Shown here piece by piece: positions 16,718 to 22,219 of a stretch of DNA of 22,219 bases. Source of the stretch: a virus (lineage: Duplodnaviria; Heunggongvirae; Uroviricota; Caudoviricetes); the IMG/VR virus record IMGVR_UViG_2029527006_000005, one strand, 5' to 3'. Position numbers and translations under genes: made by a program. Every line of letters starts with the position of its first letter. Position 1 is the stretch's first letter. The notes beneath the pieces were generated by a model. It saw only the letters and a list, made by a program, of their open reading frames with translations, ran no database searches and was not told the DNA's origin.

Positions 16718-17647
16718 TTACATCATCATGCGTATTTCACGCATAATAGTAGATAAACTCAAAACAAAATCTTTAAACTTCGGTACGTTTTCATACGTAA
16801 TAGAAACACGTTGCATTGTTAAAGCACGAATCACTAAAATAGATGCACCGTGATTATTAATACGTAGTAGATTATCAATAATGATCTTATGCTTTTCTAT
16901 TTCTGTTTCAAATCCAACAGGAATACGAGTTGCACTTAGACATGCGGCGTCTAAAACAGTAAAGTCATTTAGATCAGTACTGGCTAAGTCATCCCAAGAA
17001 TAACGTTGTAATCCATCTGGTGGAACAAATTGTGTATTGAAATATGGTTTAATATCATCGAAGATGCTTTCAACTAAATCACAGAAATTTTCACTGTATC
17101 TGTCGCTTATACTAAACTCATGATCAGAACTGTTAAAAGGTACATGTAAGTCACCAATCACGTACTTGTTAAGACGTGATGGAACTGCATACTCATTAAA
17201 TGCAGAATGAATTTCTGCTATAGATAGAGTAATACCAGCAGCAGTGATAGTATGGTATGGCTCATACACCATCTGGGTATAGTTATGCTCACCAACCATG
17301 ATTTGGACAAACTTTTCAAACAGCGGATCAGATTCCAGCATGTAATCAGAATCGTCATTATTACCATTACATTTCAGTACAGAAATAAGGAATTTTCTTT
17401 CGCTTACCTGACCATGTGTTATGTGCTGACGAAAATCCAAATCTGGTCTTCCATAAAGATCAACTGAGAATGGATTATTAGAACGCCCACCTATCATGCG
17501 ATATCCAGTTTCATCCATAAGTTTCTTGTACTCCGAAACTACACGTTGTGAATCAGACTGTGGATGCTTATGGAAGTACTCACCAGTACCGCTATAGTTT
17601 GCTTTATAATCTAGAAGAAACTTGTAGAAATCTTCACGGCTAATCAT
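16718..17647 (-). CDS. hypothetical protein (309 aa)
   Basis: Long ORF in operon context; no recognised motif. Confidence 0.85.
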   Translation of the reverse strand: MISREDFYKFLLDYKANYSGTGEYFHKHPQSDSQRVVSEYKKLMDETGYRMIGGRSNNPFSVDLYGRPDLDFRQHITHGQVSERKFLISVLKCNGNNDDSDYMLESDPLFEKFVQIMVGEHNYTQMVYEPYHTITAAGITLSIAEIHSAFNEYAVPSRLNKYVIGDLHVPFNSSDHEFSISDRYSENFCDLVESIFDDIKPYFNTQFVPPDGLQRYSWDDLASTDLNDFTVLDAACLSATRIPVGFETEIEKHKIIIDNLLRINNHGASILVIRALTMQRVSITYENVPKFKDFVLSLSTIMREIRMMM

Positions 17648-17649
17648 GT

Positions 17650-17979
17650 TTAAACCTCAGCACGTTCGTTGACTAGAATTCCTTCCTCAGAATATTCTAA
17701 ATCAAAACCATTACCGAACATAATGCACATCATCCAGTACACTACATTTTCCTGTTCATAGTCTTCTTGCATAGCGTATAGCTTGTTGAGCTTCACCATA
17801 TCATGAAGAGTTTCACGCACTTCAACTTCACGATTACCATGCATACGGCCTACAATCTTTGTAAGCATTGCAATGCCGTGTTCTAAATTATGTTCTGCTA
17901 CATCATCACCAAAGTCACGCTTGACTAGTGAAACAATTAGGCGTTGTGCTAGTTCATCTGGCTCAATATGTTTTGACAT
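17650..17979 (-). CDS. hypothetical protein
   Basis: 109-aa ORF with TAATG coupling. Confidence 0.75.
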   Translation of the reverse strand: MSKHIEPDELAQRLIVSLVKRDFGDDVAEHNLEHGIAMLTKIVGRMHGNREVEVRETLHDMVKLNKLYAMQEDYEQENVVYWMMCIMFGNGFDLEYSEEGILVNERAEV

Positions 17980-18200
17980 TACTTATCCTCAGTTACGATG
18001 CATGGGATTGCAGGAGTAAACCACTTATCTAGACCATTACTCAACGCAATATGTGTACCCTCTTTGTTAACCCAGACCTGTTTCACTTCAACCGGGTCAA
18101 ACACTTCAGTACCCCACGGTGTATCACATTTTACTGTAAAGCCAGCGAACGATGCAGTACTGAAAGCTAGCAAAGCTGCACCTAAAATGATTTTTTTCAT
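17979..18200 (-). CDS. small secreted/periplasmic protein (Sec signal peptide, two Cys)
   Basis: MKKIILGAALLAFSTASFA|G with AxA cleavage site; AAGGAG RBS; own promoter. Confidence 0.8.
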   Translation of the reverse strand: MKKIILGAALLAFSTASFAGFTVKCDTPWGTEVFDPVEVKQVWVNKEGTHIALSNGLDKWFTPAIPCIVTEDK

Positions 18201-18227
18201 GCTGTTCTCCTTCATTAAGATACACCC

Positions 18228-18256
18228 ATGATATCGCAAATGCCCTAGATTGTCAA
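18228..18256 (-). promoter_or_regulatory. sigma70 promoter
   Basis: TTGACA-17-TATCAT overlapping the end of the upstream gene. Confidence 0.75.
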
Positions 18257-18766
18257 GCAATCATCGTCAGTTTTTAACGTCTTTGCAAAACGAATTATCT
18301 TTTTGAATAGATCAAGTTCGAACGGAAATACACGGTGCATTGATTGCAATTGAAATAGATATCCTTCATCTAGTTCATCAGGGTTTAAATCTTTAATGAT
18401 AATACGTTCAATAAGATCACCGCAAATTTCATCAACCAATTCAATATGAGTATTGAATATATCAAAACCACGACACATCTTCTCAGGAACAATATCGTCG
18501 GTAAATTCAATTGTTACATTAGTTGCATCTGTGATACGTTTAGTACCATCAGAGTTCTCATAGAAGTCAATACTAAAGTACTGGTTAGCAACTGCTGTCC
18601 AACTAGACGATTCTTGTTCGGTTTTGATAAAATCATTATGTCTACAACCTTCACGGTGCATATATTCAGCGGTGTCAATTGCATCTTCAAGATAGCCGAA
18701 ATAAAGAGATTTATTCCGAGCTTCGATCAATTGAGAAGCAAATGTTCTAGGACCAGTTACTATCAT
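18245..18766 (-). CDS. EEEYFQ-family-like hypothetical protein
   Basis: LDEGYLFQLQSMH; AGGAG RBS. Confidence 0.8.
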   Translation of the reverse strand: MIVTGPRTFASQLIEARNKSLYFGYLEDAIDTAEYMHREGCRHNDFIKTEQESSSWTAVANQYFSIDFYENSDGTKRITDATNVTIEFTDDIVPEKMCRGFDIFNTHIELVDEICGDLIERIIIKDLNPDELDEGYLFQLQSMHRVFPFELDLFKKIIRFAKTLKTDDDCLTI

Positions 18767-19187
18767 TTAATTTTCTCCTATTAATACGAACTTCTAATGA
18801 GTACAAGAGAATTTGTTTAAGTACGTCAGGATTCTCAACCAAGAAGTCGAAATCTTGAATAGTACTTTGTTGGAATATTTCTTCTTCTGATAAGTCCACA
18901 AATGGTGTAGTATCGATTTGCATTGTTTCTGTTACATTAAGAGATTTATCCTCAACGTAATTAAAATTATCATAGCTAATGGTAATTCTATCAGGGAAGA
19001 TATCAATTACACCACCATACAAACCTTCGGAATAAAACGTCATATTAGTACTTTGTTCACGAGTGGTTTGTTCACCACTAGAAGTCCAGAAATTAATACG
19101 CGTCATTTCATCTTGATTAATTTCAAAAGCAGGACTATCAATATATTCAAATAGTTTTCGGAAGTGGTCTAGATCATGAAAAATCAT
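18747..19187 (-). CDS. EEEYFQ-family hypothetical protein
   Basis: LSEEEIFQQSTIQDF; GAGGA RBS. Confidence 0.8.
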   Translation of the reverse strand: MIFHDLDHFRKLFEYIDSPAFEINQDEMTRINFWTSSGEQTTREQSTNMTFYSEGLYGGVIDIFPDRITISYDNFNYVEDKSLNVTETMQIDTTPFVDLSEEEIFQQSTIQDFDFLVENPDVLKQILLYSLEVRINRRKLNDSNWS

Positions 19188-19200
19188 AAAATTTCCTCAA

Positions 19201-19226
19201 AAGAAAAGGAAGCTAATCGCTTCCTT
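19201..19226 (-). terminator. intrinsic terminator after tRNA-Leu
   Basis: AAGGAAGC-GATTA-GCTTCCTT-TTCTT. Confidence 0.8.
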
Positions 19227-19230
19227 GTTG

Positions 19231-19316
19231 TGGTCGGGGTAGTGGGATTCGAACCCACATCCATTTAAGGGAGGCATTTTAAGTGCCTTGCGTATTTCCA
19301 GTTTCGCCATACCCCG
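19231..19316 (-). tRNA. tRNA-Leu (anticodon UAA), CCA encoded
   Basis: Acceptor stem CGGGGTA/TACCCCG, anticodon arm AGGCA-CTTAAAA-TGCCT, long variable region, T arm GTGGG-TTCGAAT-CCCAC, ACCA end. Confidence 0.95.
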
Positions 19317-19319
19317 TTA

Positions 19320-19567
19320 GCTGGAATCCATTTTTTTGTCATATAAGCCGATGAGTTTAATTGCTGTTGGATTCCAAATTGTGTTGTTGAGGTGGTGTTT
19401 TAATCCACGCTGACAGGTGACCTTATCGTTATTACCTGCGGCTCTCCCTTAAGCTACTCAACGGAAATTTATCAGAACGGTTCTTCAAGCCTCTACTACA
19501 TGTGCCTATTGCCGTCGCTCAACACACCCTTCGCTTTCTTCGGTTGCGATAACCTTTCCCGTCTGAT
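19320..19567 (-). ncRNA. candidate structured ncRNA / tRNA-precursor leader with three domains, including a degenerate tRNA-like cloverleaf (19384-19463)
   Basis: No listed ORF; predicted +1 (19567) coincides with the first stem ATCAGACGG/CCGTTCTGAT; cloverleaf-order stems; perfect 9-bp stem TGGAATCCA/TGGATTCCA. Confidence 0.6.
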
Positions 19568-19571
19568 AATT

Positions 19572-19609
19572 ATATTATATCACATTTTCAATGATTTGTC
19601 CCAAGAATT
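19572..19609 (-). promoter_or_regulatory. extended -10 promoter for the ncRNA-tRNA unit; near-copy of 12862-12899
   Basis: GGGACA-17-TATAAT with TGn. Confidence 0.75.
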
Positions 19610-19611
19610 TT

Positions 19612-20043
19612 CTATTTTGTCACAGAAAATTGAGGTTGACGACGAATGATTGAATCCCGTAACCATAGAATAGCAAACAACTGTTCGTATGTCAAGCCAT
19701 GAAAATCGGTTACAGTACTCAACTGGAAGAACTCACCATCATCCATACTGGTAGTATAAGATTCCGGTAAATCCAGTTCAATGCGGTTGAAGTTCTTATT
19801 TGTGTATTCAGTTAGAGTGAACTTGTTAGTACTGACAGAACCCTCTAATCCGAACTCCAAACCATCTTCAGTACAGAACAAATCAAAGAAGTATGCATCA
19901 CCCTGATTGCTGTACGTAAGTAAATGGTTGTTGTTAACATCATAACATGAACGTGGAATTTCAAGTAATGAAATATTATCATGACCTTCCAGACGCCCAA
20001 GGATGTGTGTAATTATTTGAGGCGTTAGGTATTTGATTTTCAT
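19612..20043 (-). CDS. EEEYFQ-family hypothetical protein
   Basis: MDDGEFFQLSTVTDF. Confidence 0.8.
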   Translation of the reverse strand: MKIKYLTPQIITHILGRLEGHDNISLLEIPRSCYDVNNNHLLTYSNQGDAYFFDLFCTEDGLEFGLEGSVSTNKFTLTEYTNKNFNRIELDLPESYTTSMDDGEFFQLSTVTDFHGLTYEQLFAILWLRDSIIRRQPQFSVTK

Positions 20044-20519
20044 TTAACGTTCTCCCAATCTGACACTACTGTTTCATAGAAGGACTGAATAGCAGTCATT
20101 GTATCTTTAATTAGTACTTCTAATTCCCACGGAATGGGAGCACCTTTCAAACAATCCTTTTGGAAATGTTCTTCTTCGGTTTCGTTGAAGTAGCCAATTC
20201 TACAATAGTCTTTTATGTTCTTGGTTTCGTCATCTTCATCACCATCATCTTCGATGATTGATAAAGAGAAACGATTCTTATTGTACCACCAGCAGCACAT
20301 GTAATCAAATCCGGGAGCGAAGTTTAGTACAAGCATCCTATACGATTCAGTACTGTTATAGTAAGTAGTACCCGGACCAAAGTACATTGCAGGGTATTCT
20401 ACTTTCCGACCATCATCAAACTGTAGCTGTTCGCTAGGGCTTAGACGAATGGGTGTTGATTCATTAGGTAGCACTAGATTACGCAATAACGTAATAAGCT
20501 GTTGTTCGTCAAAAAACAT
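20040..20519 (-). CDS. EEEYFQ-family hypothetical protein
   Basis: ETEEEHFQKDCL; GAGGA RBS. Confidence 0.8.
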   Translation of the reverse strand: MFFDEQQLITLLRNLVLPNESTPIRLSPSEQLQFDDGRKVEYPAMYFGPGTTYYNSTESYRMLVLNFAPGFDYMCCWWYNKNRFSLSIIEDDGDEDDETKNIKDYCRIGYFNETEEEHFQKDCLKGAPIPWELEVLIKDTMTAIQSFYETVVSDWENVK

Positions 20520-20538
20520 ATACTGTCCTCAATTAAAA

Positions 20539-20576
20539 CCTGTACTGATTATACACCAGTACAGGAGGGGTGTCAA
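20539..20576 (-). promoter_or_regulatory. consensus sigma70 promoter with the -10 in a hairpin loop
   Basis: TTGACA-17-TATAAT; CCTGTACTG-GTGTATAAT-CAGTACAGG-TTTT. Confidence 0.85.
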
Positions 20577-20579
20577 GAA

Positions 20580-21374
20580 TTATTCACTGACATTTATGCT
20601 GTGCATAGGCAACGGGCTTCGCGTGTCCAACACATGAGGTGTTGTATCTTTCATGGTTAAATGAAGTATTTCTGTTTTCTTGAATTTGTTCATCCGAATT
20701 AGATCATCATGTAGATCATTATAATCATCACGTAGATGAGTGTCCCAACCTTTAGGTACAGTTAGCCACGGTTCAAACGAAACAATTCTTTCGTTGTAGA
20801 AATAGTGTGTTGCATCAATATCAAAACCAACTGGAACCACTAGGTCGTAAACATTAACAATGCGTTCTTCTGTATGAATACCATAAGGTTTAGTGGTAGC
20901 ACCTAAGCTAGTGGTAGTACTTCGATGAATGAAGTGACAATCACGGAATAGCTCATTTAGATTTAGTGTTTCGTTGTTTTCGAATTCATAGATACGAGAG
21001 CACTTGAAAGTACCTGCACCTAGTTCACTTTGTTCATAAACGTTAATCATGTAGGTATATGAACAGTACTCAACGTTGTTTGCATGACCACGAAGTTCAG
21101 TCATTTTACCCATAAGTACTGCTTGATTATAAATGTCATCATCAGTGAATTCTACCATATCTGAATTGGCTACGTCAATAGCGTCGAGTTGTGCTAATAG
21201 TGCTTTATCTTCATCAGATAGATGGTCTTGTTCAAAGTACGCATCTAGGTCATTAAAGATTGCACCACCTTCAGTACTTAGACTTTCGGCATCTTTGTAC
21301 ACTTCAGCCATACGCTCATAATAATCGTCTTGAAATTTTTGTTCATCTGTCCTAGATTTGTTATTGTCGTCCAT
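20580..21374 (-). CDS. hypothetical protein with very acidic N-terminus (264 aa)
   Basis: Asp/Glu-rich first ~85 aa; TDDDIYNQAVL weakly resembles the family motif. Confidence 0.85.
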   Translation of the reverse strand: MDDNNKSRTDEQKFQDDYYERMAEVYKDAESLSTEGGAIFNDLDAYFEQDHLSDEDKALLAQLDAIDVANSDMVEFTDDDIYNQAVLMGKMTELRGHANNVEYCSYTYMINVYEQSELGAGTFKCSRIYEFENNETLNLNELFRDCHFIHRSTTTSLGATTKPYGIHTEERIVNVYDLVVPVGFDIDATHYFYNERIVSFEPWLTVPKGWDTHLRDDYNDLHDDLIRMNKFKKTEILHLTMKDTTPHVLDTRSPLPMHSINVSE

Positions 21375-21383
21375 GTTGTTTCC

Positions 21384-21608
21384 TTAGAATGAATCAGGCT
21401 TGGCTATGCTGCGTACAGCACCCATGAAGCCCTTTTGTAGATCTGTCTTGGCGATGTTCAACCAACGCTTGTCAACGTCTGGTGTATTGGCTAGCTTCGC
21501 CATAAGCTCACCAACTTGAGCACCAAGCTCTTTAACTTCGTTCATAAGTTCAATCTCTTCTGTACTTAGTTCACGATAGCCTTTAATTTTACGATGTTGA
21601 TTATCCAA
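21384..21608 (-). CDS. acb2: anti-CBASS protein Acb2 (cyclic oligonucleotide sponge), TTG start
   Basis: [29 protein letters not shown]...[27 protein letters not shown] closely matches my recollection of Pseudomonas phage Acb2 (MDNQHKKIKGYRDLSQEEI...RWLAIGKTDIQTGMM...AQPDSF). Confidence 0.9.
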   Translation of the reverse strand: MDNQHRKIKGYRELSTEEIELMNEVKELGAQVGELMAKLANTPDVDKRWLNIAKTDLQKGFMGAVRSIAKPDSF

Positions 21609-22041
21609 TTTGTTTAGTCCTCTCTGATATGAGTTCGTTTAATTGTTCGATGAAGCCGAAAACAATCATGTTCTCTTCCATCGTTAGTTTTAAATCAGTA
21701 ACAGTACTATTTTGAAAGTACTCTTCTTCTGTTGAGTATATTCGTGTGGTATCATGAACCCACTTTCCCAATTGACACATTTCAATTTCAAATATAAATT
21801 GAGTTTCATCATCCGGTACTGGAGTAATGAATACATCTAGTTCGAAATTGTCATTGCAAATGATACTAATGAATATAATACCATTGCTGTGATTCTTCAA
21901 ACAGTACTGGTCATCTTTCTGAATGTTGCAGTACTGTTCACCTAGTACAGCACAGTCATTCTCATCAAAGCCATTATAAGTCATGATATCAAATGGTTTG
22001 AAAAGATCTACTTTCTCTCGGAAGATAGTGTATAAACTCAT
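21601..22041 (-). CDS. EEEYFQ-family hypothetical protein
   Basis: [15 protein letters not shown]. Confidence 0.8.
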   Translation of the reverse strand: MSLYTIFREKVDLFKPFDIMTYNGFDENDCAVLGEQYCNIQKDDQYCLKNHSNGIIFISIICNDNFELDVFITPVPDDETQFIFEIEMCQLGKWVHDTTRIYSTEEEYFQNSTVTDLKLTMEENMIVFGFIEQLNELISERTKQIG

Positions 22042-22219
22042 CGTATGTTTACCTTAGTTTCATAGAAACGTGAACGGATAGCATCAAAGAAGTCTTTCAT
22101 TTCTTTTTGATCTTCATAAGAGAATGGAAGGTCTTGAACCGTAGTAGCTTGGAAGTACTCTCCACTGTCACCGTAGAGTTTAAATTCATACTCTAAAATA
22201 CTATAGTCATTCTCTCCAT
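22038..22219 (-). CDS. EEEYFQ-family hypothetical protein, 5'-truncated by the window edge
   Basis: Manual translation: ...[45 protein letters not shown], with an ATGA overlap into the next gene. Confidence 0.75.
   Translation of the reverse strand, partial: GENDYSILEYEFKLYGDSGEYFQATTVQDLPFSYEDQKEMKDFFDAIRSRFYETKVNIR

Larger units (their letters stand above)
1..22219. repeat. dispersed, highly iterated palindrome AGTACT
   Basis: About 70 copies by manual count versus about 8 expected from base composition. Confidence 0.85.

Noticed and set aside
658-18260. Longest-ORF starts at 1404, 2918, 5933, 8790, 13331, 16267 and 18260
   Set aside because: They overlap upstream genes or run through terminator hairpins; downstream starts have better RBS and spacing.
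19340-19560. RNase P RNA-like words (GGGAAAG near the 5' end, CGGCTTAT near the 3' end)
   Set aside because: The two segments do not form the P4 helix, and the other conserved regions are not evident. Not tmRNA either, since the tRNA-like part is internal.
2439-21321. Short plus-strand ORFs in the track (e.g. 2439-2789, 4090-4347, 5644-5928, 6775-7131, 12094-12387, 18446-18784)
   Set aside because: All lie antisense to well-supported minus-strand genes, with no convincing RBS or recognisable motif; treated as shadow ORFs.
1-22219. CRISPR array, IS/transposase, integrase or intron
   Set aside because: No regularly spaced direct repeats, terminal inverted repeats or mobile-element protein motifs were seen; AGTACT copies are irregularly spaced and mostly within coding regions.

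Overview
About 22 kb of a large, AT-rich (roughly 36-37% GC by eye) lytic phage genome. It looks like the accessory/early region of a jumbo myophage of Gammaproteobacteria; the family assignment is inference only. About 45 tightly packed genes run on the minus strand, driven by about a dozen near-consensus sigma70 promoters, several of them fused to hairpins. One Ig-like putative virion gene lies on the plus strand. Recognisable products are NadR (NAD salvage, frameshifted), an RpoD/RpoS-like sigma factor lacking the promoter-melting tryptophans, an N-terminal-Thr (HslV/proteasome-beta-like) hydrolase, a PD-(D/E)XK nuclease, a BCS1-like AAA ATPase (frameshifted), an orphan HicA-like toxin, the anti-CBASS sponge Acb2 and tRNA-Leu(UAA). 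Three signals are not explained by these genes: (1) a ~250-nt, three-domain structured RNA with a degenerate tRNA-like cloverleaf, predicted to be co-transcribed ahead of tRNA-Leu; (2) roughly nine-fold over-representation of the palindrome AGTACT, seen in all three codon phases; (3) an expanded family of about 8-11 acidic paralogs sharing an EEEYFQxSTVxD-like motif around acb2 and the RNA locus.
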